Source: an uncultured Gammaproteobacteria bacterium (GTDB lineage Bacteria; Patescibacteriota; Microgenomatia; Daviesbacterales; UBA10151). Taken from it: DNA of 64,000 bases. Position numbers and translations under genes: made by a program. This document shows positions 9,781 to 21,019 of the stretch, piece by piece. The notes under the pieces were generated by a model. The model was not told the origin of the DNA. It made no database searches and saw nothing but the letters and a program-made list of their open reading frames with translations. Each line of letters starts with the position of its first letter. Positions within the stretch are counted from its first letter, which is position 1. Where the stretch lies: positions 197,347 to 261,346 of the forward strand of contig CAZCNP010000002.1 in the NCBI GenBank assembly GCA_964500725.1, read 5' to 3'.

Positions 9781-11451
9781 ATGACAAAGTTAATAAGCTA
9801 CTTTGTACGATCTAAATATATAATAGGACTTTTATTAATTTTCTCAGTCTTTTTACTGCTTTTATTTAAAGATCCTTTTTCCCAAAGAACTTTAATACCC
9901 AATTTTGAACCATATCCTGATACTTTTTATTATATAAATCCTGCTTTGAACTTAATAAAAGGAATGGGTTTTAATATTAATAGGGAGGGAAAAGTTTATT
10001 ACGCCAACGTACCTCCTTTATATGCATTTAGTTTAATACCAGTATTCCTGTTGAGAGCTGATCCCAGAATGGCATATTATTCCAATGTACTGTTGGCAAT
10101 TACCTCCTTTTTCTTCTTTTGGGCAATTTTAAAAAAGATTTCGCCGAATAGAGTAATTACATATTTCCTAATAATTATATATAGCACAAACTATTTTATT
10201 TATTGGGTTCCTTCTTTAATTATGGCGGAAAATTTGATTCTAACCTTATATCTAGCAGCAATTTTTTTTCTTATATCAGAAGTAACGATTAGGAATTCAT
10301 TGATAATTGCATTTCTGGCAATGGGCATTTATGCCACTAAATTTGCAAGTATTCCTGTTTTAATATCAATAATTCTTCTATTTTTTATCAAGGTTTTATT
10401 TGGTAGGTTTGAATTAAACCAAAAGATTAGATATGGATTGATTTTTTTAGTAACGATACTTATTTGTTTTATTGTATTGGAAATATTTTTAGAGATTAAT
10501 AATCATGTTAGTCTTATCTCAAGGGTTTTATATAATCTTTCATTAATACAAACTAGTCTAACTGAAGTTTCTGGAGTAGTTGAAAAGCCAAGTTCAGCAG
10601 CTTGGTTTGGGGTACAATATATAAAACAGAATCTTCCGCTCTATATAAACTCTTTACTTGGTAATCCAAACCGATTTTTGTGGGATAATACCCCGCTAGT
10701 GCCAAAATTAATAGCTCTGGGTGGCATTACTGGAATTTTAGGAGGTTTTCTAAATAAAAAATTCAGATTTATATCTCTTGTATTGTTATTGTTTATGGTA
10801 TCAACAATAATTTTCCAATCTATGTTTTATTCTTTTGATGCCCGGTATATCTACATTGCCATACCGTCATTGATAATGGGATTTGGATTCTTGCTGATTA
10901 TTTTTTCTCAAGGTATAACACTAAAAAGGTCATTAATAGTAAATACTTTCATCCTTATTTTACTTACTGTTTACCTAGTGAGCAGTTCTAGTAGGATTAA
11001 AGATCAAATTAGTCTAAATTTAAGACATGCGGAAACGCCCTGGCATTATATTGCCGTTCTAGAGGCTAATAAATACTTTATAGCAGATAAAATTAAAAGT
11101 AGTAAGAAACCCATATTAATTTCTGCGCAGCCACCATTTTTAGTGGATTATTTTACTAACGGTAATTATACATTGTTACCTTTATCATCTGAACAGGAAT
11201 TTAGGGGACAGGAAACCCGTGAAATAGTTTGGGGCCCTAATGATTATTCGGACCTACCAAGGCTTTATACAAAATATTTAAAAGAAGGATTTGATGTGTA
11301 TGTATCTAGAGCAGGGTTAGGCAATGAGGGGTACACAAATAGAGATTTTAATACCATAGTTGAAAAATTTGAGACAAAGCTTGTCCAGCCTGGTTGTTAT
11401 GATCAGTGTAATATATATAGTGTGAAATTAAAAGAGAAAAATGGTAATTAG
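9781..11451 (+). CDS. GT-C fold membrane glycosyltransferase (ArnT/PMT-like)
   Basis: Polytopic, PYPDTFYY loop, PPLY, MAENL, DARY motifs. Confidence 0.65.
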   Translation: MTKLISYFVRSKYIIGLLLIFSVFLLLLFKDPFSQRTLIPNFEPYPDTFYYINPALNLIKGMGFNINREGKVYYANVPPLYAFSLIPVFLLRADPRMAYYSNVLLAITSFFFFWAILKKISPNRVITYFLIIIYSTNYFIYWVPSLIMAENLILTLYLAAIFFLISEVTIRNSLIIAFLAMGIYATKFASIPVLISIILLFFIKVLFGRFELNQKIRYGLIFLVTILICFIVLEIFLEINNHVSLISRVLYNLSLIQTSLTEVSGVVEKPSSAAWFGVQYIKQNLPLYINSLLGNPNRFLWDNTPLVPKLIALGGITGILGGFLNKKFRFISLVLLLFMVSTIIFQSMFYSFDARYIYIAIPSLIMGFGFLLIIFSQGITLKRSLIVNTFILILLTVYLVSSSSRIKDQISLNLRHAETPWHYIAVLEANKYFIADKIKSSKKPILISAQPPFLVDYFTNGNYTLLPLSSEQEFRGQETREIVWGPNDYSDLPRLYTKYLKEGFDVYVSRAGLGNEGYTNRDFNTIVEKFETKLVQPGCYDQCNIYSVKLKEKNGN

Positions 11452-12565
11452 TGCTCCAAAAAGATTCAATTTGCTGATTATCTTTAGTTTGTGGCGGTGT
11501 TTAATATTTGTTCCTTTAATAGTTTCAGCATCAATAATTTCTTATAATGATGATTACCCTATTGCTTATATATTTAAGTATATTAATTCAGATTTATCTT
11601 TTAATTCTATTTTCTTGAATCCTTGGGCAAATTTTGACGGAATTCATTATTTAAACATTGCCCAATTTGGTTACACCAATCAAGCCAGGTTCTTTCCACT
11701 ATTTCCTTTATTATTAAAGCCTTTTGCTAGTTCAGAAGTTGTCAGCCTAATATTTGTAAGCGCTATATTTGTTCTTTGTCTTTACTTTCTTAAAAAACTT
11801 ATTGCATTAGATTTTTCCGAAGAGATAGCAAGAAGAAGCTTAATATACCTGTTGCTTTTTCCTACCTCTTTTTTCTTTGTCAGCATTTATTCTGAGGGTT
11901 TGTTTTTACTTTTGGCTATCCTGTCATTTTATTTTGCCAGAAAGAAGAAATGGTTTTTTTCAGTTATCTGCGCAATGCTGCTGATGACCACCAGGTTTGT
12001 GGGGGTTGCCATATTGCCGGCTTTGCTGTATGAATTTTTAACTAGCAATAAAGTTAGCTTGCAAAAATTAGCCCTTTTTTTAGTTGCTCCTTTAGGGCTT
12101 TTTGCATATTCATTATTTAATTTCTATAAATGGAATAATTTTTTATATTTTATACAGGCACAAGGGGAGTTAGGAAACAACAGGTCTGTGAACTCTATTG
12201 TGCTTTTTCCTCAAACTATTTTCCGGTATTTTAAAATTCTTTCTACCGTACCAATAAACTCTTATGATTGGATGATTGCATTATTAGAATTGGGTTCTTT
12301 TATATTTGCAGGGTCGTTACTATATTTTGCTTGGAAGAAGAAAATCAGAACAAGCTATTTAATATTTGCTGGTGTTAATTTTGCCATAATTACTGCAACA
12401 GGGACTTTTTCAGGGTTACCAAGATATATACTTACACTATTTCCTATTTTTATGGTTTTAGCTTTGGTAACAAATAAAATACTTAAGGTTACTTATGTTT
12501 TAATTTCCCCTATTCTGCTTTTTTTATTACTCATGCTTTTTTCAAGAGGATACTTTGTAGCATAA
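11441..12565 (+). CDS. PIG-V/GT76-like mannosyltransferase (GT-C)
   Basis: WANFDGIHYLNIA, FFPLFP, YSEGLFL, TRFVG, LPRY motifs. Confidence 0.75.
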   Translation: MVISAPKRFNLLIIFSLWRCLIFVPLIVSASIISYNDDYPIAYIFKYINSDLSFNSIFLNPWANFDGIHYLNIAQFGYTNQARFFPLFPLLLKPFASSEVVSLIFVSAIFVLCLYFLKKLIALDFSEEIARRSLIYLLLFPTSFFFVSIYSEGLFLLLAILSFYFARKKKWFFSVICAMLLMTTRFVGVAILPALLYEFLTSNKVSLQKLALFLVAPLGLFAYSLFNFYKWNNFLYFIQAQGELGNNRSVNSIVLFPQTIFRYFKILSTVPINSYDWMIALLELGSFIFAGSLLYFAWKKKIRTSYLIFAGVNFAIITATGTFSGLPRYILTLFPIFMVLALVTNKILKVTYVLISPILLFLLLMLFSRGYFVA

Positions 12566-12572
12566 TTGAATT

Positions 12573-13958
12573 ATGATTTGGACAATAATTATTCTAGCAA
12601 TTATCTTAAGGTCAATAAATTTAAATCAAAGTTTATGGTTTGATGAGGCGATTAATGTAGTTGTGGCAAGCTTTAGTGATTTTTGGTTTCTTGTAACGAA
12701 ATATTCTATTGGTGATTTTCACCCTCCTGGTTGGTTTGTAATTTTGTGGGGATGGGGTAAAGTATTGGGGTTTTCTGAAATATCTGTAAGGATACCTTCT
12801 GTGATATTAGGTACAAGTACAGTTGGATTAGTTTATTTATTTGGTAAGGATATATTTAACAGAAAAACTGCCCTTTTAGCTTCTTTATTTTTGGCAATTG
12901 CTCCACTGCATGTTTACTATTCTCAGGAAGCAAGAATGTATGCTTTTTCTGCCTTTGCTGTTACTTTATCTTTTTACTTTCTCAATCGTTTGGTCTTAAA
13001 CAAAAAGCTGGCTGGAATAGGCTTTGTTGTAAGCTTAATGTTGGTTTTGTATTCTGATTATTTAGCGTATCTTGTTATACCTGCGCAGATTATTTATTTG
13101 ATTTGGGTAAAGAAACTGTCAAAAAAAATACTGGCAGGATATTTGATGTCTATAGTAACTCTTTTGCCGTGGCTGACCATTTTTCCTACCCAGCTTCAGA
13201 CAGGGTTAAATAAATCTATCAGTTTGCCTGGCTGGGGGCAGGTTGTAGGTGGGAGTAATATCAAAGACTTATTACTAATCCCAGTAAAATTCTTTTTCGG
13301 TAGAATTACTATCCTAAATAAATATATTTATTTAGGAATATCAGCCTTTGTAGGTATTATTTTTGGAAGTGCGTGTTTTGTTGGACTTAAAAAATTAGAT
13401 CAGTCCACAAAGCTTTTTATATGTTGGATATTTATCCCTATAACTTCAGCTTTTTTAATTTCATTTTTTATTCCTGTTTTATCCTATTTTAGGTTGCTTT
13501 ATATTTTGCCAGCCTTTTATTTTCTATTAAGTAAAGGTATAGAAAATTTGCCTAAAAAGTTTGCAAACCTAGCACTGGTTATTATTTGTTTAGTTTCTCT
13601 AGTTTCACTTGCTGGATATTATTTAAATCCTCAATTTCAAAGAGAAGACTGGAGAGGGGCAATAAATTTTATTTCACAAAATATGGATAGAAATAGTGTA
13701 GTAATTTTTGAAAATAATGAGGTACCTGCACCAGCAAGATATTACAATCCTGATTTATCAAACTTTAAACCAGGGATTTCAGCAGATTTGGCAGGTGATC
13801 TAGAAAATAAAAACAAGGTATTTCTTTTTGAATATTTGTCAGATGTTTATGACCCCCAAAGACTAGTTGAGCAAAAACTAAAGGGTCTAAATTTTATTGA
13901 AACTAAAGTTTATAATTTTGCAGGGGTGGGACTTGTAAGAGAGTATCGAAAACAATGA
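12573..13958 (+). CDS. GT39/PMT_2 (ArnT-like) membrane glycosyltransferase
   Basis: SLWFDEA, HPP, SEISVRIPS, YYSQEARMY, REDWR. Confidence 0.8.
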   Translation: MIWTIIILAIILRSINLNQSLWFDEAINVVVASFSDFWFLVTKYSIGDFHPPGWFVILWGWGKVLGFSEISVRIPSVILGTSTVGLVYLFGKDIFNRKTALLASLFLAIAPLHVYYSQEARMYAFSAFAVTLSFYFLNRLVLNKKLAGIGFVVSLMLVLYSDYLAYLVIPAQIIYLIWVKKLSKKILAGYLMSIVTLLPWLTIFPTQLQTGLNKSISLPGWGQVVGGSNIKDLLLIPVKFFFGRITILNKYIYLGISAFVGIIFGSACFVGLKKLDQSTKLFICWIFIPITSAFLISFFIPVLSYFRLLYILPAFYFLLSKGIENLPKKFANLALVIICLVSLVSLAGYYLNPQFQREDWRGAINFISQNMDRNSVVIFENNEVPAPARYYNPDLSNFKPGISADLAGDLENKNKVFLFEYLSDVYDPQRLVEQKLKGLNFIETKVYNFAGVGLVREYRKQ

Positions 13959-15478
13959 ATTTTTTTGCAAAAAATGAACTATTAATACTAATTTTTTTAT
14001 TGGCATTAGTGCTTAGATTTTTGTATTTTCCTCAAAATACCTATTTTGGTTTTGATCAGGCAAGGGATGCCTATGCGGTAAAAGAAATATTGGCAGGTAA
14101 TTTAAAAATTGTAGGCCCCCCCACTGCCAATGGAGTTTTTCATCACGGGGTCGCTTATTATTATATTTTTGCCCCATTTTATTTAATCTCTGGTGGAGAC
14201 CCTGTTTTTGTTTCAGCATTTTTGAGATTTTTGAATGCAGCCGTGGTATTTATTGTTTATTTTATTGGATTAGCGCTGTTTGGAAGGATAGCTGCACTTG
14301 TGGCCAGTTTTCTTTTTGCTATCTCTTATGAACAAACCCAGTTCTCTCTATTTTTAAACCATCCTTCTTTGGCTGTTGTGTCAGTTTTGATATTCCACTT
14401 AGGTCTTGCATATTGGATCTTTAGAGGAAAAAATCGGGGGTTTTTTGCAGCTCTTTTTGGGCTGGGACTATCTATTCAATTTGAGTTTGTAGAAACACAA
14501 CTTGTGGCAGTTTTTATTTTATTTCTTATTTTTTTTAGAAGACATTTACCTAAGTTTACAGTTCAGAATACTAGTATCTCTCTAATGGCACTTTTGCTGC
14601 CATTATCCTCATACATAATTTCGGAAATAAAAAATAACTTTGCAACCATCAAACAAGCGCCTTCAGTACTAACAGGTTTTTCGGGTGGATTAGGTTTAAC
14701 AAATAAAATATCCCAATTTTTATTTATAATTAATCGTCACTTTACTGATAACTTCGCTGCAAATAATGTGATCTCTATATTATTTGGATTAATATTCTTA
14801 GTATTGCTTATATTTTTATTAATAAATAAAATTCAACGAAGACAATTGGTCTTTTTATCTTTGTGGTTTTTTGGAGGATTGTTAGTTTATTTTTTCATAA
14901 ACAATGATGCATATTTTTATAATACTGGCACATCGATATCACTGTTAATTTTTGCCGGATTTTTATTATCTTGGGTATTTTCTAAAACTAAGTTAGTAGC
15001 TTTAATTATCTTAACTCTAATAGTATTTTCAAATATGATTTTGATAACGAAAAATAATCCATTAGGGCCAAATCAAAAGATTAATCCTCAAATTGGTTTA
15101 ACTATAAAAGATGAACAAAAAGTAATAGATTTTATTTATCAGCAGGCGGAAGGAAAAGAGTTTGCTGTTAACGGCCTGACTATGCCATACAATGTAAATA
15201 CCACTTGGAGCTATTTGTTTGAATGGTATGGGAAAGATAAATATGGGTATGTTCCTATCTGGGGAGGGGACGGCGCAGCAGGTTTCCCAGGGGGATTACA
15301 AATAGAAACAGCCAGAAGTAAACTGCCAGCAAAGCGTTTTTTAATTATCGAACCACAAGAAGGAATTCCATCTTATATTGCCAAAGACTTTTTGTTAAAT
15401 GAAGGGAATTATACTAAAGTAATAGGTGAGAAAAAGATTGGAGCTTTGAAGGTTTTGATACAGCAGCCGAAAGAATGA
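13955..15478 (+). CDS. GT39/PMT_2-like membrane glycosyltransferase
   Basis: FGFDQARD, GPPT, HHGVAYYY loop; polytopic. Confidence 0.7.
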   Translation: MNFFAKNELLILIFLLALVLRFLYFPQNTYFGFDQARDAYAVKEILAGNLKIVGPPTANGVFHHGVAYYYIFAPFYLISGGDPVFVSAFLRFLNAAVVFIVYFIGLALFGRIAALVASFLFAISYEQTQFSLFLNHPSLAVVSVLIFHLGLAYWIFRGKNRGFFAALFGLGLSIQFEFVETQLVAVFILFLIFFRRHLPKFTVQNTSISLMALLLPLSSYIISEIKNNFATIKQAPSVLTGFSGGLGLTNKISQFLFIINRHFTDNFAANNVISILFGLIFLVLLIFLLINKIQRRQLVFLSLWFFGGLLVYFFINNDAYFYNTGTSISLLIFAGFLLSWVFSKTKLVALIILTLIVFSNMILITKNNPLGPNQKINPQIGLTIKDEQKVIDFIYQQAEGKEFAVNGLTMPYNVNTTWSYLFEWYGKDKYGYVPIWGGDGAAGFPGGLQIETARSKLPAKRFLIIEPQEGIPSYIAKDFLLNEGNYTKVIGEKKIGALKVLIQQPKE

Positions 15479-17022
15479 AAAAGTATTTAATTTTATTACT
15501 AATTATTTTTAACATTTTACTGGCTTCTAGGTGGGTAATTGATGGGAATATTTTTTTTCACACTGATATTGCCAGGGATTTTTTGCTTATAGAAGACATT
15601 GTAGATAACAAGCATTTAACACTGATTGGTCCCAGGTCTGGGGCTATTCCTGGTTTATTTCATGGTCCTCTTTGGCTTTATTTAAATTTACCAGCATTTA
15701 TGCTTGGCGGAGGGAATCCTGTATATGTAGGATGGTTCTGGGTAATATTATATATAGTAAGTTTAGGGATAATTTATTATGTTGGCAAAAGAATATTTGA
15801 TAAAACGATAGGGATACTGTCTGCATTGCTTTTATCTGTAGTAACTATTCCTATGGTAAAAACTTTGTTTAATCCTTTTGGGGCGTTGATGCTTTTCCCG
15901 CTTTATTTTTATTTCCTTATTAATTATCTACAAGTAAAGAAGATGAAAATATTGGCGTTCGCAATTTTTATACTGGGGTTAATTATTCAATTTCAAATGG
16001 CCTTTGGGGTGCCTATTGGAATTTTGACATTTTTTTATTTAATATATGTTTGGTATAAAAATAAGAAACTTTTTCATATGGCTTCTTTGTTAGTATTGGT
16101 GCTTCCTTTATCTAGTCATTTATTATTTGAAATAAGAAATAATTTTCTGCAAACCAAGTCTGTTTTAAACTATATTGCTGGCACAGAAAGCCATGGCAAA
16201 TTAAATCTTAATTTTTTCCAGCTTATTGGGGTAAGGGTAAGCGAGATGGTAAAAGATGGATTAGGAGTATTAGCTCAAAATAATGTGTATATTACAGTGT
16301 TTATCTTGTTGACTTTAGGCTTTGCATTTTTTAAAGTTTTTAAAAGCAAAACTCAAAAAGGAGAAGTTTATTTTTTGGCAGCTTATTTTTATTTAGGATT
16401 TTGGCTTATGAGTTTATTCTTTAAAGGGCAAGTTTGGAACTACTACTATATCCCATTTATTCCTTTGCTAATTTTGATTCTAGTAGGTGCTAAAAATTAT
16501 ATGAATAGGTGGGTATTTTATTTGCTATTTTCTTTAATCTATTTTGTAAATATACAGCCGGCGATTAAAGATGTGTTGATATATAATCCAAATCCTTCAG
16601 AGCAGGATGTTAGTACTTGGAAATTTAATCAACTTGTTGCTCAAAAAGTTTTTGATGGTAGCGAGAAAGAATTTGGATACTTTATTTTTACACCAGATTT
16701 GTATGGATACTCCCCAAGGTATGCATTAAATTATTATCAAAAACAGAACCTGCAAAAAAAAGTATACTCCTATCAAAAGAAGCACGTTACTTATCTAGTA
16801 ATAGCGCCTCCTCCTATATATGGAAAAGACCCCAGTAGTATTTGGTATCAAAAGAATACCAATAGTACACTTTGGAAAAATAATGACGTTAGAATTAACA
16901 ATAAGCCTGTATCAGTTAGCTCATTTAATAATGGATTTTTAATCGAAAAATATAATTTGTCAGATGAAGAAATCAAAGTTGAACCTAATCAATATCTTAT
17001 CAAAGACATCTTTTTTAGATGA
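15475..17022 (+). CDS. GT39/PMT_2-like membrane glycosyltransferase
   Basis: FHTDIARD, LIGPRS, FHGPLWLY; similar to 13955-15478. Confidence 0.7.
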   Translation: MKKYLILLLIIFNILLASRWVIDGNIFFHTDIARDFLLIEDIVDNKHLTLIGPRSGAIPGLFHGPLWLYLNLPAFMLGGGNPVYVGWFWVILYIVSLGIIYYVGKRIFDKTIGILSALLLSVVTIPMVKTLFNPFGALMLFPLYFYFLINYLQVKKMKILAFAIFILGLIIQFQMAFGVPIGILTFFYLIYVWYKNKKLFHMASLLVLVLPLSSHLLFEIRNNFLQTKSVLNYIAGTESHGKLNLNFFQLIGVRVSEMVKDGLGVLAQNNVYITVFILLTLGFAFFKVFKSKTQKGEVYFLAAYFYLGFWLMSLFFKGQVWNYYYIPFIPLLILILVGAKNYMNRWVFYLLFSLIYFVNIQPAIKDVLIYNPNPSEQDVSTWKFNQLVAQKVFDGSEKEFGYFIFTPDLYGYSPRYALNYYQKQNLQKKVYSYQKKHVTYLVIAPPPIYGKDPSSIWYQKNTNSTLWKNNDVRINNKPVSVSSFNNGFLIEKYNLSDEEIKVEPNQYLIKDIFFR

Positions 17023-18878
17023 AGATTTTAATTTTCAAACTGATATTTATACTTTTAGTTTTTATTTTTTTGCTCCCCCAAAATATAAATGCGGATGAAG
17101 GAATTAATTGCGGCAATCGTTTTGTAACGCTTGTAAATCCAGTAAGAAATAGAAGTCTTTGGCATGATAAATCAGTCAAACCATTAATAAGCCAGTATGG
17201 TTTGATAAAACAAATAAATGCGCCTGCAACTTGGTTACTGCAGTATGATGTATTAACTGATTTACAGTTGCTTGCAGAAATAAAAAAATTTGATAAAGCT
17301 CATGAGCTGGGAGTTTTCTTGGAAGTATCACCTGTCTTCGCAGAGGCTTCGAGGGTAATTTATCCGGACGGGGTACCCTGGTATAGTCCTGGGGCAGTTT
17401 TCCTTTCTTCTTATACTCAATCTGAAAGAAGAAGGTTGCTTGATACAGTTTTTAGAGCGTTCAAGGATCAGTTTGGAAGTTACCCTACCTCTGTTGGTGC
17501 TTGGTGGATAGATTCGTATTCATTAAATTATTTGAAAGAAAAATACAATATTACTACTGCTTTAATTGTTGCAGATCAAAAAACAACTGACAATTATGGA
17601 GTTTGGGGACAATGGTGGGGAGTTCCTTACTACCCTTCAAAAGCAAATATTTTAACACCAGCAAGTAGCTTAGTAAGCAAACAGAATGTTGTTGTATTGC
17701 AATGGGCTCAGCGGGATCCAATATTGGCAGTAGGGGAAGGCACTAAGTTTTCCAATTACTCCCTTCAGGCTAATGACTATATCAGGCAAGGTAAAAATAC
17801 GGATTATTTTAAAAATCTTGTTAATGTTTATTTGAGTTGCCAAAATCCTATTGGTCAAGTCACAGTAGGTTTAGAAACAGGCATAGAAAGTATAGGTCAT
17901 ATTCGAGAATATCAAAATCAGTTAACAGCTCTTAAAGAAATTAGTAGTTTACAGTTTGTAACAATGCGCCAGATGAGTGAGAAACTGGCAAAAGTTTACC
18001 AAGGTTTACTACAAGGCGCGCAGATTAAGCAGAATGATTCTATTTGGGAAATGACCACTGCAGGTAGGGTTAATAAGTATTTTAACGATCAGATAAAATA
18101 CCAGTCCGAAATTTCTTTTAGCGATTATTTTATCGCTGATAGGTCGGAGTTTTTATCCAGATATTTACAAAACATAAACAAACAAAAAAATACTTTTTGG
18201 TTTCCATGGTTTCCTATTGTTGTAGTAGGGCTTTTAATTATTGCTTATCAGAGAAAAATGATAAGGGTTTGGGTAATAAGCATACTTTTTACTCTGGCAG
18301 CTTTTGGATTAATTTTAAGATCCTATTATCAGTTTGGATGGAGTATCTATTTTGGCCCGAAATTACAGTATCTGGAATTTTTTCAAATGCTGGTTATTTT
18401 AGTTTCTTTTGGATTGGTGTGGTTTATAAATAAACAAAAGATATTTAAAATATATTTGTATAATTTATGGCTACTGCCTTTGATTTTTGGTTTTGATTTT
18501 ATTATCCAAACAATTAGATTTTCCTTAATATCGGGTAAATATTATATAGGTTTTGCGTTGGATGCTTTGCGGTTTGTCGGAGTAACTATTAAACCTTTTG
18601 GTAGTATTAATCTAATTAATCAGGATTTTCCTTCTTACATCTCGGCTGCTTTTTTAAGGGTAACCTTTAACAATTTCTGGAGAGATCCTCTGCAGGCATT
18701 ACTTTTATACCCTCTTGCCCATATTATATTAGCTTTGAGTGTTGGGATATTAATAGTAAAGCTGCCTCTAAGGCTTCAGAAGATATTTTTAGCTATATTG
18801 ATAATTTTGTTTTTACTACAACTAGGTAATATTTTTAATGCTGACCCGCGCCAGGTAACTCCAATTTTGTTACAATAA
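17019..18878 (+). CDS. Exported glycoside hydrolase/deacetylase-like barrel domain fused to a C-terminal multi-TM domain
   Basis: Signal-like N-terminus; TWLLQYD, HELGVFLE, FGSYPTSVGAWWID resemble GH38/57/NodB-type barrels; about 6 TM helices at the C-terminus. Confidence 0.5.
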   Translation: MKILIFKLIFILLVFIFLLPQNINADEGINCGNRFVTLVNPVRNRSLWHDKSVKPLISQYGLIKQINAPATWLLQYDVLTDLQLLAEIKKFDKAHELGVFLEVSPVFAEASRVIYPDGVPWYSPGAVFLSSYTQSERRRLLDTVFRAFKDQFGSYPTSVGAWWIDSYSLNYLKEKYNITTALIVADQKTTDNYGVWGQWWGVPYYPSKANILTPASSLVSKQNVVVLQWAQRDPILAVGEGTKFSNYSLQANDYIRQGKNTDYFKNLVNVYLSCQNPIGQVTVGLETGIESIGHIREYQNQLTALKEISSLQFVTMRQMSEKLAKVYQGLLQGAQIKQNDSIWEMTTAGRVNKYFNDQIKYQSEISFSDYFIADRSEFLSRYLQNINKQKNTFWFPWFPIVVVGLLIIAYQRKMIRVWVISILFTLAAFGLILRSYYQFGWSIYFGPKLQYLEFFQMLVILVSFGLVWFINKQKIFKIYLYNLWLLPLIFGFDFIIQTIRFSLISGKYYIGFALDALRFVGVTIKPFGSINLINQDFPSYISAAFLRVTFNNFWRDPLQALLLYPLAHIILALSVGILIVKLPLRLQKIFLAILIILFLLQLGNIFNADPRQVTPILLQ

Positions 18879-18883
18879 TGAGG

Positions 18884-19888
18884 ATGAAAGTTGGATTAGA
18901 TATTTCACAGATGGCACATAAGGGTGGAGTGGGGATTTATACCCAAAATTTGGCAGAACAGTTGTCTATTAGTCCTGATTTGGAGATGACGTATTTTTAT
19001 TCATCCCTGCGGATTCCATATAAAGGCAAATTGAAAAATGTTAAATCGTATAGATTGCCTCCAACACTTTTTGAAATGCTTTTTAACAGAATAAGAAACG
19101 TTAATATTGAAAAATTTATTGGCCCTGTTGATATATTTCATAGTTCAGATTGGACACAACCTCCCACTAAAGCCAAAAAGGTAACTACTTATCATGATGT
19201 TGTTCCTCTAAAGTATCCGGAGTGGTCGCATCCTAAAATTGTGGCGGTACATAAAAGAAGATTAGAGTTAGTAGAAAAGGAAATTGATATAGTGATTGCT
19301 GTTTCTGAGGCTACTAAAAGGGATTTGCTGGAAGTTTCTAAAATTCCAGAGGAAAAAATAACGGTTATCTATGAGGGTCCATCAAGTGATTTTAAACCTC
19401 AGTCTGAAGAGAAAAAGAAGCAGTTTAAGGCAAAGTATAACTTACCTGACAAATATATTTTGGCCATAGGAGGAGTGGGTGAGAGAAGAAATTTAGATAG
19501 GATTAGGCAGGCTTGCAAGGATTACAACTTAGTTATAGCAGGTATCACACTCCCCTGGTTGAGTATAGAAGAGTTGGGTTTGCTTTATTCTTGTGCTGAT
19601 GTTTTGCTTTACCCTTCGTTTTATGAAGGATTTGGTTTGCCTATACTTGATGCTCAAATTTGCGGATGTCCCGTTGTGACTTCTAATGTTTCAGCTATGC
19701 CTGAAACAGCAGGTAAGGGGGCCATATTAGTAGATCCTTATTCGACAGAAGATATTATCAGGGGCATCAGGGAGGTTGGGGAAATGAGGGAAGAATTAGT
19801 AAAAAGAGGATTTGAAAATGTAAAAAGATTTTCCTGGAAAAAAACTGCAGAACAAACTTCAGAAGTGTATCGGGGGCTGATGAAATGA
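18884..19888 (+). CDS. GT4 glycosyltransferase (MtfB/WbaZ-like)
   Basis: GVGIYT, TYHD, YPSFYEGFGLPILDA. Start is probably ATG 18884; the track gives 18878. Confidence 0.9.
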   Translation: MKVGLDISQMAHKGGVGIYTQNLAEQLSISPDLEMTYFYSSLRIPYKGKLKNVKSYRLPPTLFEMLFNRIRNVNIEKFIGPVDIFHSSDWTQPPTKAKKVTTYHDVVPLKYPEWSHPKIVAVHKRRLELVEKEIDIVIAVSEATKRDLLEVSKIPEEKITVIYEGPSSDFKPQSEEKKKQFKAKYNLPDKYILAIGGVGERRNLDRIRQACKDYNLVIAGITLPWLSIEELGLLYSCADVLLYPSFYEGFGLPILDAQICGCPVVTSNVSAMPETAGKGAILVDPYSTEDIIRGIREVGEMREELVKRGFENVKRFSWKKTAEQTSEVYRGLMK

Positions 19889-20976
19889 AAATTTGGATTG
19901 ATGGGTATGAGGCAAATGTTATACAAAGGCTTGGATCTTCCCAGGTAGCATTTGAGCTTTTAAAAGGTTTAGAAAAAGAAGATTTTAAAAATGACTACAC
20001 AATTTTGCTTCCAAATCCTCCAGTTGTTGATTTACCAAAAGAGAGAACAGGATGGAAGTATAAAATATTAAAACCAAAAAAGCTTTGGACCAGGATTGCC
20101 TTACCTCTTGTTCTATTTAGCGCAAAACAAAAACCAGATATATTTTTTTCTCCTACTCATTATCTTCCCAGGTTTGTGCCAAAAGGCGTCAAAAAAGTTG
20201 TTACCATATTTGATCTATCTTTTCTGCATTTTCCAGAAATGTTTACTAAAAAGGATCTTTGGCAGCTTAAAAATTGGACTAACTTCTCTGCCCAGAATGC
20301 TGATCATATTTTGACTATTTCCAAATTTTCAAAAGACGATATCTTAAAGCAATATAAAATTTCCAAAGATAAAGTTACAGTTGCATATCCAGGTTATGAC
20401 AGAGAAAGTTTCAAGCCCCAAGGGGAAAAACAGGATAACTATATTATATATATAGGGACTATCCAACCAAGAAAGAATCTAATAAAACTAATGGAGGCTG
20501 TTTCGAGAATAGAAAATCTTAATTTAATGATTGTTGGTAAAAGTACGGGTGAAGGCAGGCAAGGGTGGATGTATGATGATATTTTGAAGACTCCTAAACA
20601 ATTGGGAATAGAAGATAGAATAAAATTTTTAGGGTTTATACCAACTGAAGAATTAATAACACTTTTATCAGGGGCAACAGCTTATATACAGCCTTCTTTG
20701 TGGGAAGGGTTTGGTATTCCTGTTGTAGAAGCTATGGCTACAGGAGTGCCAGTTATTGTTTCTAAGGTATCATCATTGCCAGAAGTGGCAGGACAAGCAG
20801 GGTTGTTGGTTGATCCTTATTCTGTTGATCAGATAGAGCAGGCAATAAGAACTATTGTTTCTGATAAAAAATTACAGCAAAAGTTTTCTAAAGCTGGGCT
20901 TGTTCAGTCTAAAAAGTTTTCTTGGGATAAAATGGCAAAGCAGGTTATAAAAATATTTGAGAATCTAAAAACTTAA
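19885..20976 (+). CDS. GT4 glycosyltransferase (MtfB-like)
   Basis: [31 protein letters not shown]. Confidence 0.9.
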   Translation: MKIWIDGYEANVIQRLGSSQVAFELLKGLEKEDFKNDYTILLPNPPVVDLPKERTGWKYKILKPKKLWTRIALPLVLFSAKQKPDIFFSPTHYLPRFVPKGVKKVVTIFDLSFLHFPEMFTKKDLWQLKNWTNFSAQNADHILTISKFSKDDILKQYKISKDKVTVAYPGYDRESFKPQGEKQDNYIIYIGTIQPRKNLIKLMEAVSRIENLNLMIVGKSTGEGRQGWMYDDILKTPKQLGIEDRIKFLGFIPTEELITLLSGATAYIQPSLWEGFGIPVVEAMATGVPVIVSKVSSLPEVAGQAGLLVDPYSVDQIEQAIRTIVSDKKLQQKFSKAGLVQSKKFSWDKMAKQVIKIFENLKT

Positions 20977-21019
20977 AGATGTTTGCTTATGCTGGTCTTT
21001 ACCCATATAATTACTGTAT

